From NCBI GenBank assembly GCA_964016885.1, contig OZ024744.1, forward strand, positions 109,120,001 through 109,184,000: a DNA stretch of 64,000 nucleotides. Reading direction: 5' to 3'. Source of the stretch: Eledone cirrhosa (taxonomy: Eukaryota). The translations under genes and the position numbers were made by a program. The notes below the pieces were generated by a model. That model saw only the letters and a program-made list of their open reading frames with translations. It did no database searches and was not told the origin of the DNA. Positions 46,361-60,700 of the stretch are shown piece after piece (the stretch's first letter is position 1; every line of letters starts with the position of its first letter).

Positions 46361-48312
46361 ATAGACCAACATATGTACATATTTAAATACTAAAAGTAAA
46401 TGATAAAGTAGAAAATCAAACTTTCTAGTTGTTGTCTTCCTGTTTCTTATACAACAACTACAGCCCCTGCAGACAGAATGGAGGCGTTGCTCCGGAGGAC
46501 GGCAAGGGACACTGTATAATATTTTCATACAATTAATCAATAAATAAACATCTTTGATACAGAACAGCAAAGTGGAAATATCCAAATCAGTGTAGAGGGT
46601 TGTTTCTGTAAAATCCTGTCACATGATTTGGCATGGGTGAGTGTAGACTGTATAGTAGAAAATGCAGGCTTACTAATTTTCTTATCAGCTTATCAAACTG
46701 TAAGTTGAAGTTATTTTATTTTGGGAGAATTGGAACTCATAATTGTGAGGAGAGATCACACATTGTAGGACTAGCTAAGGGTAATAAATACTCATGCCCC
46801 AGCTGTGCACCTCCCTTGTTCCTAAATTCTTGACCTGTCAGTCATAACAAATGACCTACAATATACAACCATTGTCTCATATCTTTTTTCAATTTTTTTT
46901 TTATTACTAAATATAAGTTTTTCCTATTAACTAACATTTATTCCACTATTGTTTTACCTCTCTTAGCCCTTCCCTTTCTACAGGATCCTGACTCTTCCTG
47001 CTGCTCCCCCTTCTCACACCATCCCCCATGTCAACTTGTTAGCATTTATTAATAAAATTTTAATTGCTGAGTGACATTGATAAAAAAAAAAAACATTTTG
47101 TAGAAACAAAATGTTCCACCTATATTAATCAGTTCCACCTATATCAATCAGTTCCACCGATATTAATAAGTCAACCTACTTTATAAAAATACTACTACTA
47201 ATAATAATTTCCTTATTTACCACAAGGGTAAACAAAGGAGTGAACATTAAGATGAATTCACAAATAATTAGATAACATATTTTATAGGATTAGATAAAGA
47301 CCTGGGTTTGTGGTTAAAGAGTTTGTTTTACACCAACATGGTTCTGGATTTAGTTCTAAGATTATAAGACCTGGGTTTAGTCACACTGTGTGACACCTTG
47401 AGGCAAACAACTCTATTATAGCATTAGGTTGCCTAATGACTTGTGAGTGGATTTGGTTCATGGAAACTATATAGAACCCATTATATGTCTTCTTTTTTCT
47501 TCTCTTCTCACAAAATCATCATTTCTTTCCATGTTTTCCTTTCCGATGAAGGATTAATATCCAAAATGTTATTAATTATTACTTCTTTTAATCATCATCC
47601 AGATATACTGTTATTGTAATGTATTGTTCTCTGACTTTGTTTATGACTACATCTATTGACTTTGTTTATGACTACATGTGTATAGTGTAGATATGTGTAT
47701 GTGCTAGCAAGTGTTGAATAAGTGTTGTCAGTATTCAAGATCACAAACACTAACAAGGTTGTGATGTCTTTCACACAGATGAAGCTATATATATATATAT
47801 ATCATCGTTTTTATATCCACTTTCTATGCCAACATGGGTTGGACAGGTTGTCACTGTCCAAAATCAGAAAGTTCGGTGTGACTTCACCTCATTCATTTTG
47901 GCATGCCTTTCCTAACACCAACCAGTTTACAGAGTGTACTAAGTGTATTTTATAATGGCACCAGCATGGCACATCAGTAAGACAACACAAAGGCTAAATT
48001 TTATATATTTAATTACATAGTAGACATTATACGTATTTCTGTTGCTAGACGACTACATCATGGTACCATGACAGAATCCCTTCATCGGGTAGCACAAGGA
48101 AATCAATATGTAATCCATATGCAAAGCACCACAATGCCATGATACAGAGAACGATCAAATATTTTGGTGTCGTTATTTCAATGACAGGCCATTTGTGTTG
48201 TCTTATTGATTCAAGATTGATAAAACACAAATGACAGAGTACTCTTTCCATTTTACACCATGGTTTTCTTAATCATATTTAGGAAACATCCTATAACACA
48301 AGTATTTATATA

Positions 48313-48652
48313 TCATCATCATCATTTCATTTTACGTCCGCTTTTTCCCTGCTTGCAAGGGTGGGACGGGACTGATTCTGGCTTGATTTCTACAGCTGGA
48401 TGCCCTTCCGAACACCAACCTCATTTACAGTGAGTGCTGGGTGCTCTTTTGCCGTGGCACCTCCACGACCACTTTGCAGTGGAATGATATGGACCCCAGT
48501 CCCTATCATCTCATTTCTACAGGTGAGTAAACTGGAGCAATGTGAAATAAAGTGTCTTGCTCAAGGAAACAACACATCACCCGATCTGATAATTGAACTC
48601 ACAACCTTTCCATTGCAAGGCCAATGTTCTAACTACTCAGCCATGTGCCTCC
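48313..48652 (-). mobile_element. CORE-type SINE with RTE tail
   Basis: Reverse complement of the 38771 family. Confidence 0.85.
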
Positions 48653-48742
<90 letters not shown>

Positions 48743-48764
48743 GAAATAAGAGGGATCAGATGTT

Positions 48765-49502
48765 GTTTACTCGAGAGAAGGCTACGTTGGTACGGTCACG
48801 TGATGCGCATGAAAGACGACAGCTGTATAACAAAGTGCAGGGCAATAAAGATAGACGGTAGCCACGGAGTAGGCAGACCCAGAAAAACATGGGACGAGCT
48901 GATAAATTCCGACCTCACACGCTTACACCTCTCCAAGACAATGTCACTGGACCGAGACCTTTGGCGGTACTCAGTAATAGAGAAGACCCGCCTTACCTAA
49001 ATACAAAGTAAAAACCTACTACAGTCAGTAGGCACCTCTATCAAAACACACCCCCGTCCCACCACCTCCACCCCACCCACACCGCCCCTTTCAATGTAAA
49101 GTTATGTTGGTCCCACAACATCCAGGCCGAAACAAATGAGATCGTGTAGGTGTCACGACAAAAAACACACAGTCCACGCTGTAAATGTGGCCGTGTAGGC
49201 AACACGGTAAAAACCTCCCAGCCCCACACTGTAAATGTGGTTGGTGTTAGGAAGGGCATCCAGCTGTAGAAAACCCGCCAGACAGTCCACGCTGTAATGT
49301 GGCCGTGTAGGCAACACGGTAAAAACCTCCCAGCCCCACACTGTAAATGTGGTTGGTGTTAGGAAGGGCATCCAACTGTAGAAAACCCGCCAGACAGTCC
49401 TATGCGAGCAAGACAACCACTCTTGCCTCAAGTGGGAAAACCCCCGTCCAAACCCATGCAAGTGTGGAACACGGACGCTAAACCTGATGATGATGATGAT
49501 GA

Positions 49503-49505
<3 letters not shown>
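48765..49505 (+). mobile_element. RTE LINE 3' end (same subfamily as 34395, with only ~2 copies of the 112-bp unit)
   Basis: MRMKDDSCITKCRAIKIDGSHGVGRPRKTWDELINSD; matching UTR and tail. Confidence 0.9.
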
Positions 49506-49552
<47 letters not shown>

Positions 49553-49999
49553 AATAAATATAATTTAATATATCTACTAACATAAGCGCACAGATGTACG
49601 CCAATGCCAGCAAATACACAGGTTATGTCACAGTACCTAGGTGGTTCGATGCAGGAGAATGCAGAACAATAATATAAAAGACGTAAAATAAGAAAATTAA
49701 AAAAAAAAATTTTTTTTTTAAATTAACTTACTTAAATTTTCACTCCAACTAATTAGTTTCTTCAATGGGATATATATATATATATCATCATCATCATCAT
49801 CATTAACATCCACTTTCCTTGCTAGCAAAGGTTGGACGGGTTTACATAGACCAAGTTAGTATTGAAGTGGGTCTACAGACCTCCCAGACAAGCCCAGGGG
49901 TCTGTATCATACATATGTATGGTCGTACGTTCATATCGAGTGCAGCAGAGAAATTGCTCTGTCTTTTGACACAAACTGAAGGGTCCACCCAACTCCTTG

Positions 50000-50470
50000 T
50001 TTGGCAAGCTTTCTATGACTGGATGCCCTTCCTATCACCAACCATGTGTACTGGGTGTGCTTTTATTGTGTAGATTACCAGACCTAGGGAGGTTGTCATG
50101 TCCTTGACACCACTAAAGGGTCCTTTGTCTGGCAGGTTTTCTACAGCTGGATGCCCTTCCTATCACCAACCATGTGTACTGGGTGTGCTTTTATTGTGTA
50201 GATTACCAGACCTAGGGAGGTTGTCATGTCCTTGACACCACTAAAGGGTCCTTTGTCTGGCAGGTTTTCTACAGCTGGATGCCCTTCCTATCACCAACCA
50301 TGTGTACTGGGTGTGCTTTTATTGTGTAGATTACCAGACCTAGGGAGGTTGTCATGTCCTTGACACCACTAAAGGGTCCTTTGTCTGGCAGGTTTTCTAC
50401 AGCTGGATGCCCTTCCTAACACCAACCACTTTACAGCATGTATTGGATGCTTTTATTGTGTAGATGACCA
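50000..50470. repeat. 128-bp tandem repeat (~3.6 copies) derived from a SINE/RTE tail
   Basis: Contains ttctacagctggatgcccttccta; period seen at 50101/50229/50357. Confidence 0.9.
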
Positions 50471-50720
50471 ACACTAGAGAGGTTGTTGGTCATAGACGCA
50501 ACTTTAGGGCCCTCTCTGCTCTGGAAAGGAGGGTAATAGAGGAAGGAGATAGGTATGAAGTTATAGGTGTATGTGCAGATTTGGCAGAGCATTGAGTAAA
50601 AGGGTAGCGATGGCTGATTAGTGTTTGGAAAGAGGGGCATATAACGGTATGAGGTATGAGGTCAATATGGTGGGGGCATGATGGAGAAATAGGTAAGGGA
50701 GGTAATCTGCTCTCATTCTA

Positions 50721-50756
50721 TCTTCTGATGAAGGACTAACGTTTGAAACGTTAAGA
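50721..50756 (+). ncRNA. Ultra-minimal type I hammerhead (dimer-type) in the 3' end of a retroelement
   Basis: tctt CTGATGA a-ggac-taac-gttt GAAA cgtt^aaga. Palindromic acgt stem III; followed by a T-rich tail and (TA)n. Confidence 0.65.
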
Positions 50757-50956
50757 CTTTTTCCTACTATATCAAGTATTAAACTAATATATATCTTCAA
50801 TGTACTGTACTGTTTTCCTGAGTTGTTTTTTTTTATTACTTTCCCATATATATGTACATATCAACATCCTGTTGACTTAGGAAGCATAGAGAAAAATTGA
50901 CAATTGAAATATAGTCGTCCCAACGTAAATGACTATAACAATAGTCAATTACTATC

Positions 50957-51213
50957 AATAATTGTTTCTGCTTTAGGCACAAGGCCAGCAATTACTCCCC
51001 AGTGCATTACTGGTACTTTATTGTATCGACCCCGTAAGGATGAAAGGCAAAGTCAACCTCGGCGGGATTTGAACTCAGATCGTAAAGGGACGTAACTCTA
51101 TGCTGGAAAGCATGGCGTCCGACCCTCTACCGATACTGCCAATCCACCGCCCTTATAACTGTAGGGGAGGGGAGCGTCTGACCCTCTACCGATACTGCCA
51201 ATCCACCGCCCTT
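50957..51213 (-). mobile_element. Meta-type SINE with duplicated 5' head
   Basis: Full copy 50957-51153 plus a repeated head at 51174-51213. Confidence 0.86.
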
Positions 51214-51646
51214 CTATCAATAATAGTTGAGAAAATGGAGTAAAGTACTCCTGGAAATGGAAAAAAGTGATCAGAGGTACCTGCGAAGAAGTGAACTCCT
51301 TGGATGCTGAGTGTGTTAACCATTATGCTAAGGAGTCCCTGGTCACTAATTGCTATCTTTTAGAAGTTATAAAGCCTGGTTGATTAGTAAAGTATTGATT
51401 TCTAATTGATGGCTAAGTATGATTGATTAGTTAAGTATTGATCTTTAATTGATGACCAATGATGATTGATTGGTAAGTATTGGTCTCTAATTGATGGCCA
51501 AGGATGATTGATTGGTAAGTATTGATCTCTAATTGATGACTAAATATGATTGATTAGTAAGTACTAGTCTGAACAGAGATCAATGGTTAACAAATGGGAA
51601 AATAATGCGCCTAAACTCATGCTAGCGTGGAGGATAGACATTAAAC

Positions 51647-51697
<51 letters not shown>

Positions 51698-51866
51698 TGA
51701 AAAAAAGGGGTAGGGGTTTATTTAAAAAAATCGAACATTGTAAAGAAGGTTAAAAAATAAAGTTAGGAAACTTAGTTTTGAAAATATGAGTGAGAAGATG
51801 GTGGGGCCTGGAGGTTGGGGGAAGAGATATATATTCATCATCATCACTATCATTACCACCAAAATT

Positions 51867-51903
<37 letters not shown>

Positions 51904-52053
51904 CTATCATTACCACCAAAATCATCATCATAATTTAATGTTAGTTTCCGTTGATTGCAAAATTACAGTTATGATTCATATATTAGATGTGTGTGTGTAT
52001 GTATGAATGTATGTATGTGACATGTATGTGTGTATGTATGTATGTATGGGACA

Positions 52054-52650
52054 TGGTAACATGTATCCCAGTACAATCTGTCTCATAGTCGGGTCGTTGG
52101 CGACTAAACTGGCAACCCCACCAATGTTTCTTGGTGAGGAGGGTGACTTTGGACATCCTGCAGGACTAAAAACAAAACCTGTCAAAGGGCAAAGGAGCTC
52201 TTAAGAGTCAATGGCCATCCAAAATCACCGGGAGAGATGACCCCTTAGTCTTTGTCAAGGCAGAATTCTAGGAGAAGGAAAACTCTGATATAACACCTGC
52301 AACCCTGATGGTATCCAATGATGTTGACTTGTTCTTCTTTTTGGTAAATATCATCTTGGTTAAGAGAGTGGGACTGGCTTTGTGCAGTGCCTTTGCTCAC
52401 TATAAAAGCTTCACGGCACAGGCATTGCTTTATATCTGGAGATCTCTCTGCACTTGTCGTCACATGGTACCATGGGCCCAGCACTATGTGTCAATAATTG
52501 TCACAAGTGTAGTGTTTGTACCAGAGTTTTCAAGTCGCTGGCTGGACTAAAATGTCACATTCATTCAGCGCATCGGTAGGGTTTCTCCCACATGGATATA
52601 AAGTAGTGGCCGTACTCGAAAACGAGTTGGCAGCCACCATGTATGTATGA
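52054..52650 (+). mobile_element. Short internally deleted RTE-derived element, copy 2
   Basis: Highly similar to 45762-46360 along its whole length; also flanked by (TATG)n. Confidence 0.72.
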
Positions 52651-53385
52651 ATATATGTATGTATGTGTGTGACATGTATGAAGTATGTATGTATGAAGTA
52701 TGTATCTGTGTGACATGTATGTGTGTGACAAGTATGTATGTATGTGACATGTATGTGTGTGACAAGTGTGTATGTGACATGTATGTATGTGACATGTAAG
52801 TGTGTATGTGACATGTATGTATGTGATAAGTATGTATGTATGTGATATGTATGTGACATGTAAGTGTGTATGTGACATGTATGTATGTGATAAGTATGTA
52901 TGTATGTGACATGTATGTGACATGTAAGTGTGTATGTGACATGTATGTATGTGTGACATGTATGTGTGTGATATGTATGTGACATGTAAGTGTGTATGTG
53001 ACATGTATGTGTGTGTCATGTATGTGACATGTAAGTGTGTATGTGACATGTATGTGTGTGACATGTATGTGTATGTGACATGTATGTGTGTGACATGTAA
53101 GTGTGTATGTGACATGTATGTGTGTGACATGTAAGTGTGTATGTGACATGTATGTGTGTGACATGTATGTGACATGTATGTGTGTGACATGTATGTGTGT
53201 GACATGTATGTGACATGTATGTGTGTGACATGTATGTATGTATGTGACATGTATGCGTGTGACATGTATGTGACATGTAAGTGTGTATGTGACATGTATG
53301 TATGTGATAAGTATGTATGTATGTGACATGTATGTGACATGTAAGTGTGTATGTGACATGTATGTGTGTGACATGTATGTGTATA
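52650..53385. repeat. (tgtgacatgta)-based compound microsatellite
   Basis: Direct inspection. Confidence 0.93.
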
Positions 53386-53389
53386 TATA

Positions 53390-54050
53390 CAAGTTTTGTC
53401 AGAAAAGAAACAGGACTGGAGTTGCAAAAAATTATTTCAAATCCAAACTACAAGTTTTACTTTTCAAAATAATCCCCCTAGAGTCTAATGAACTTTCCCA
53501 TCTTTCTTTGCCACGGCCCTCTTGATGGCTTCCACTGGCTGGTAAAGGGGTCCCCTTGATGACCCCCTTGAGCTTAGGGAAAAGAAAAAAGTCACACAGA
53601 GCCAGGTCGGGTGAGTAGGGAGGTTGCTCCAGCATGGCCCTGTTCCTTTTGGCCAGGAACTGCTCGATGCCGAGGGGGTTGTGAGCTAACACATTGTCTT
53701 TGAGAAACAGCCATGAATTGTTCTGCCACAACTCTCGTCTCTTTCATACCCAGCTTACTTGCAATCGGTCAGACAGTCAGCTGACAATTGCCATGCACCA
53801 TCTGTCTCATGTACTCAACATTAGCCTCGTTGAAGACACTCTGTTCTTGGGGGGTTGTCTTCCATGACCTTTTGTGCCACTTGAAAACCTGTGAGTGAAA
53901 CATCATCTCATCTCCATACACTTGCTGCAGTATTCCAAGTTATTCTGTTGGAGTTTTCTCCAGCTGGACCAGAAACTTCAGGTTGGTTTGTGCTCTGGGC
54001 CCATCACTCGACGACCAAAAATTAAAGGAGCTGTTGAAAAAAAAACATAC
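53390..54050 (-). mobile_element. Decayed mariner (Tc1/mariner) transposase fragment
   Basis: W.FLKDNVLAH...QFLAK....LEQPPYSPDLALCDFFLFPKLK, matching the mariner YSPDLAP.D motif. Confidence 0.85.
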
Positions 54051-54257
54051 AATGGTGGCAGAGAGCTGAGATTGCAGTTATATATACTTTCAGGATATTA
54101 CATCATATGGTGAAGCAAGCCATTAATCTCGATCCCGATCATAGCTCACACAGCACACTAAGTCTTATTACTTTTCTCACATCTATGTACTAAGAGAAAT
54201 ACTAATTAGAACAATAGAATTACTTGTCCTAGACATATAGTTCATGTGCCACCATAG

Positions 54258-55060
54258 TTCTTCTTCTTCTCCTTCACCCACTTATTCCTGAGAGGGTCAT
54301 CCTCAAACACTCCTTCCAGCAGGCCCTGTTAGAAGCAACTGTCTCCAACTGATCCAACTGGATCCCCAAACATGACCAGCCAAGTTCATGGATGTTATCC
54401 AGCCATCTTTCTCGGGGTCTACCCAGTTGGTTTTGCCTGTGAAATCTATCCAGCAATTCTTTCCCTAAGACATTCTAACCACATGCTTGTAGTATCAGAG
54501 CTGAGATCTCTCAATATGGAGAAGTAGCAGCTCTACCTGGAGTGACTCTCTGATCTCTGAGCTACACACTCTATCAAGTAATGTTACTCCAAAGACCCTT
54601 CAGAGGAGCCCCCATTTCAGCCACTAGTATCACTATTGTAGTCTTTCGGTCATTAACCAAGATTCATGACCATAGGTAAGGGTTGGCACAAATACCAAAT
54701 TGAAGATAACAAGTTTGTCTTTTACACCTACCTCCCTTCTTCTGATTACTGAATGCTGAAGCTGGTGCATTACTGCATCATCTCCTGCAATTCTTGCACT
54801 TAATTCAACCTCCTGCCTTCCATCACTCGTGAACACATCCCTGAGATACTTGGACTTCTCAACCTGCCTCAATAGAACTCCATTCACATGTAAAGTAAAG
54901 GCTCCCTTGAGAGGATGAGTGTCTCAGTTTTCACAGTACTGATTTTCATTCCATCCATGCAGCTCTTGGCATCAAAGCCATCAACTGCAAGTCGGTGTTA
55001 CTTAAATCGACAGGAAGTCATCTCCATGTCATCTGAAAATACCATTCGACTAATCTGTGT
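54258..55060 (-). mobile_element. Decayed RTE-type LINE 3' fragment
   Basis: MNGVLLRQVEKSKYL..FVPTLTYGHESW; GRPRERWLDNI. Confidence 0.82.
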
Positions 55061-55685
55061 TCATAATTGAGAGTCCATTGCTAGAATGGAAGCCTAGTAA
55101 GGCCTCTCCATTGGGGTTGCCATTGGTTGGTACTGCATTGGTTAGTACTGTATTTGTTACAGTTGCTTTGCATTCCAAGCTCAAATATTACCGTGTCCTA
55201 CATGGATGATAGATTAAATCTGTCACTCAGTTTAACAAAACCTGATCCTTAGGTGATAGACTTAATATGTCACCCAGTTTAACACCACCACCAGATCCTT
55301 GGAGGGTAGACACAATGTCACCTAGTTTAACACCACTACCTGGTCATTGGGTGGTACACCACTACCTGGTCATTGGGTTTAACACTACCACCACTACCTA
55401 CACCTACACCACAACAACACCAACAACAACAACCATCAACACCACCACTAATAATAACACTAGCACCACCTCCACCACCACAAGTCAGCTTCCATACCAT
55501 ACCAGATGAAACTGGTTTATAATATCTAAATAATAAATATATGTAAAATTGCAGACCTTAACTATCTGATTGGCAGGGGAAACTACTCTCACTCCTCCTG
55601 CATCCACAACGCCCCCTCCCCCTCCTTCTCTCTCTCTCATGCATGCATATACATCATTGTTAAACATACATATATGTACGTATGT

Positions 55686-56040
55686 CATCATCATCATCAT
55701 CATCATCATTTCATCTTACGTCTGCTTTTTCCCTGCTTGCAAGGGTGGGACGAGAACTGATTCTGGCTTGATTTCTACAGCTGGATGCCCTTCCTAACAC
55801 CAACCTCATTTACAGTGAGTGGTGGGTGCTTTTTTGCCGTGGCACCTCCACGACCACTTTGCAATGGAATGATAGGGACCCCAGTCCCTATCATCTCATT
55901 TCTACAGCTGAGTAAACTGGAGCAATGTGAAATAAAGTGTCTTGCTCAAGGAAACAACACATCACCCGGTCTGAGAATTGAACTCACAACCTTTCGATTG
56001 CAAGCCCAATGCTCTAACCACTAAGCCATATGCCTCCATG
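55686..56040 (-). mobile_element. CORE-type SINE with RTE tail
   Basis: Reverse complement of the 38771 family. Confidence 0.85.
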
Positions 56041-56395
56041 TGTTTATATATATGTGTGTCTGTGTCTGTGTGTGTACACACAGACACAGACATGTAGCCA
56101 GTGTTGTAATTGAACCAAGGAAACCAAGGAAACCAACTCATACATGTCACTCCATGCATCATCACTGTAGTTCTAGTATTGTCTTCAGTCCAGTGTCGTT
56201 TTGAAGTATATCAACAAAGTCAGTGGTTCGTCTCTTACAGTTTATTTTTTCCTGCTGTATTAGCTGCCATAACATAGATTTGAGGTCATTTCCTCAGGAT
56301 GTCTCCTCATTCAGTGGAGACCTGTCAATCCCATTTGCACTTTGGTAGACCACCATAAAGATTTGTATTTGGTGGTGTGACTCTTCCAAGTGATC

Positions 56396-56645
56396 TTAAG
56401 AGCCATCTGTAACATGTAGGAGCCATTTGTAACATGTAGGAATGCATTCAGTTTAGTTGATATTCAAACCTCTCTCTGTGTATCTTAAGAGCCATCTGTA
56501 ACATGTGGGAGCCATCTGTAACATGTAGGAATGCATTCAGTTTAGTTGATATTCAAACCTCTCTCTGTGTATCTTAAGAGCCATCTGTAACATGTGGGAG
56601 CCATCTGTAACATGTAGGAATGCATTCAGTTGAGTTGATATTCAA

Positions 56646-56649
<4 letters not shown>
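56396..56649. repeat. 89-bp tandem repeat, ~3 copies
   Basis: Units start at 56396, 56485 and 56574. Confidence 0.9.
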
Positions 56650-56687
<38 letters not shown>

Positions 56688-57791
56688 ATTAGAAGTGTGG
56701 TGGTATTCATGTGTCACAGCTGTATAACATGACAGATTAAATCATTCCTAAAGTGTCTGGTCTCAATACTGTCCCTCAGCGGTGGTTTCCAGGTCTTTGA
56801 TCATTTATGACATACTTTCCTTACAATTACCTTTCTTTTGTTGATATTTCTTTTTTCTTAGCTGGCTACTGAAGCTCCATGATATTTGAGCTGCTATCCC
56901 ACATCTTACACCACACATCTCACATCTCTCACCCCCACAACTTATATCTCACACCCTGCCACACATTTCACAACTCACATCCCACATCTCACATCGCACA
57001 TCCCACATCACTACATCCCACATCACACATCCCACATCTCACATCTCTCACCCCCACAACTTATATCTCACACCCTACCACACATTTCACAACTCACATC
57101 CCACATCTCACATCACACATCCCACATCACACATCCCACATCCCACATCACACAACTCACATCCATCTTATAATCATTAGTTTTAAAAATACTTATTCAG
57201 TTAGAATAGTCAACATTCTTTCTCTTACCCCCCCCCCCTCTCTCTCTATTCCCCCCCCCCCCCCCGTCACTTTTGTAAAAGTCCTTTTGACCCAAACTTT
57301 GGCTTTAAAAAATATACAAACACACACTCACAGAAACAAAATGGAAAACACTCTACATTTTCCTTTCTAAATAATAATAAAAAACATTCATGGTGATGGT
57401 GATGCTGCTGCTGATGTAGTGCTGCTTGTGGTGCTGGTAGTACTGCTATTACTGGTGCTGGTGGTGATGTGGAACTTTACCATACAAACAGACCAGCAGG
57501 TAAAACATAATAAATATCAATAATGTTGTGTGAAAGGAAGTGAACTGAAAAGGTAAGGAATTATACCAACCTAGCTGTTGAATTTATAAAACATTATGGC
57601 AGTTAAGGAATGTCTGTATCATCTCATTACTATTTCATGGCATTTGAATGGTACACAACCATTTCTGTGAAGACATTGATAGATAACGTATAAAGATAGA
57701 CATATGTATGATCTAGAAAATGGTAAAAACTATGGTGGTAAATATAATGTTTGCTAACAAATTAATTTCTATAATGCCGCCAGTTACTAAA

Positions 57792-57982
57792 TTAATTGTT
57801 TCTACTTTAGGCACAAGGCCAGCAATTACCCAGTGCATTACTGGTACTTTATTTTATCGATCCCGTAAGGATGAAAGGGACAGTCAACCTCAGCGGGATT
57901 TGAACTCAGATCGTAAAGGGACGTAACTATGCTGGATAGCATGGCGTCCGACTCTCTACCGATACTGCCAATTCACCACCCT
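57792..57982 (-). mobile_element. Meta-type SINE with target-site duplication
   Basis: Flanked by ttactaaattaat on both sides. Confidence 0.88.
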
Positions 57983-58230
57983 TTACTAAATTAATGTTAG
58001 GGGAATATGTTTATAACCTCGTCTGTACATCTGAAATGCTACATAACTATTTCTGTAAAGCTGAGATATTACCTGTAAAGATGGACATATGTATATATAG
58101 AAAATAGTAATTCTATGGAGGTAAATGTTGTTAGTTATTGAATTACAGAACTCATTTTCTCAAAGATTTTGAGACATTACTTATAAATAGTATCAATGTC
58201 AATGTTGTTAACTATTGAACTAAACACATT

Positions 58231-58628
58231 CATCATCATCATCATCATCATCACCGTTTTACGTCCGTTCTTCCACGCTAGCATGGGTTAGACGGGTTGT
58301 CCTGTTGTGGGCAGTGTCTGGTCGGCTGACCATACCTTGCTCATACAGGAACTGATTTGGCTTGATTTCTACAGCTGGATGCCCTTCCTAACACCAACCT
58401 CATTTACAGTGAGTGCTGGGTGCTTTTTCGTGGTGCCTACACGTCCACTTTAGAGTGTGGGCTGGGTGCTTTTTTGCCGTGGCACCTCCACGACCACCTT
58501 GCAGTGGGAGGGTGTGGGGGCATATTGTCTATATGCTTCAGCTTGTACCCATGGGAGGTCGGGTACTCTGTATTACTGCGTGACGCCAGAGGTCACGGTC
58601 GTGTGTCATTGCCTTTGAGAGGTGTAAT
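58231..58628 (-). mobile_element. RTE 3' end fragment
   Basis: Near-identical to 23654-24042. Confidence 0.88.
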
Positions 58629-58879
58629 TATGGCAGTTAAAAGAGGTACCAGACCATCAGTTACAGGAGAATTTTTTGGTGTACCAGTATTATTTTCTGG
58701 AACATGCCTATGTCCATCCTTATGGTTAATCTGTCAATGGCTGTGTATATCTCCAGTTGTCTTAATTACAAATGGGATAATGGACACATTCTTTAACTAC
58801 CATAGTCTTTAATTCAACAGTTAAATGGTTTAATTCCCTAACTTTTCAGCTTCCGTACAACATTATGATTATTATTTTT

Positions 58880-59058
58880 TGGCAGAATCGGTAGAGCGTC
58901 GGACATGCTTTCCAGCATAGAGTTACGTCCCTTTACGATCTGAGTTCAAATCCCACCGAGGTTAACTTTGCCTTTCATCCTTACGGGGGTCGATAAAATA
59001 AAGTACCAGTAATGTACTGGGTAATTGCTGGCCTTGTGCCTAAAGTAGAAACAATTAT
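58880..59058 (+). mobile_element. Meta-type SINE
   Basis: Same family as 5234. Confidence 0.86.
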
Positions 59059-59842
59059 TTTTTATGTCCCATTATCAGCTTATTTTCAGATCTTTATATT
59101 TGGTAAAATATCACAATTTCTTTCATACACTCATTAGGAGGTGTTCTTTTATCTTGGTGCCTTGTTTGTGTGGATTGCCATATCCCAGAACATGGTTCCT
59201 TTGTCATTTCTTGGTAGAATCGTTAGAGTGCCAAAAAAAAAAATACATTGTTCTATTTATCCCAACTCTGTATATTTTGAGTTCAAATTTGGTAAGGCAT
59301 TTTATGTTTCACTGTAACAACCCTGCCAATTCCCAACTTGTATGTGCATCATTATCAGTACCATGTTCTAAGAATATTATCATTGAGATTTGCAGGTTTC
59401 TTCTGCCAACAATAGAAGAATGGAAATGAAGAAATGTAGTTCAACTATTTTTCTTCTTTTGTATTTTTTATTTTTATATTTTTCCTCCCCATCTGATATC
59501 CATTCCATCATTGTTTTACTGCAAAAAAAAAAATCTTTAGAATTAACTGCTGAGGTGGCAAGAAGATGGCACAGGATGACATTTCAAACTCAACTTTTGA
59601 CCTTATAATATATTTGTAACAATAACTACAATTATATATATATTATTTTACATCCACTTTATATGTATGCTTGGGTCTCAAATATTCCCCTCCTTCCTTC
59701 ACATATATTTCAGACACACACATACATGTACACACCCGCTTATTAAATTTTGCTAATCTATCTTGGCAAAATTTTATTTTAAGTGGAAGCATTCCTGTGA
59801 CAATTAATTTTCTTTATACATTAAAAAACATTATACATTATA

Positions 59843-60220
59843 CACGACCGTGACTTCTGACATCACGCAGTAACACAGAGTACCCGACCTCCCATGGGTA
59901 CAAGCTGAAGCATATAGACAATATGCCCCCACACCCTCCCACTGCAAGGTGGTCGTGGAGGTGCCACGGCAAAAAAGCACCCAGCCCACACTGTAAAGTG
60001 GAGGTGGAGGCGCCACGAAAAAGCACCCAGCACTCACTGTAAATGAGGTTGGTGTTAGGAAGGGCATCCAGCTGTAGAAATCAAGCCAGAATCAGTCCCC
60101 GTATGAGCAAGGCATGGTCAGCCGACCAGACACTGCCCCCAACAGGACAACCCGTCTAACCCATGCTAGCGTGGAAGAACGGACGTAAAACGGTGATGAT
60201 GATGATGATGATGATGATGA
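59843..60220 (+). mobile_element. RTE 3' end fragment (inverted relative to the 58231 copy)
   Basis: Reverse complement of the 58231-58604 sequence; (ATG)n tail. Confidence 0.88.
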
Positions 60221-60537
60221 CAAAAAAAGTACATTACAAGAAATCTCATATGTTATAAAATAAATAGGAGAGGTTGGGGTCTCAATATGTAAGCTAAACA
60301 ATTAATTCTGGTTTTTAAACAAATCAGACAAATTACAGATTTTCCTCCACCACCATCCTCTGCTTCTTCCAACTCACCCTATTATTTGGGACCAGAGAGT
60401 ATATATATATCAAGAGATGAAGCTTGTTGAATAGAATGGACATAACTTCGGTCATTTCATCACTCACTCAATCAACAATTAAGTTTGTATTATCAAAATT
60501 CGAACCCAGCTGGCCAGAGTGCATACATACATACATT

Positions 60538-60700
60538 AGTGGTCGTGGAGGTGCCACGGTAAAAAAGCACCCAGCACTCACTGTAAACGAGGTTGGTGTT
60601 AGGAAGGGCATCCAGCTGTAGAAATCAAGCCAGAATCAGTTCCCGTCCCACCCTTGCAAGCAGGGAAAAGTGGACATAAAATGAAATGATGAAATGATGA
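60538..60700 (+). mobile_element. 3' half of CORE-type SINE nested in an older hammerhead-bearing repeat (60413-60855)
   Basis: Flanks are collinear with 39137-39425. Confidence 0.8.

Noticed and set aside
48024-48090. Minus-strand ccgatga...GAAA t-acgt-a TA motif
   Set aside because: Stem III looks hammerhead-like but stem I does not pair and the core is mutated; at best a heavily decayed copy.
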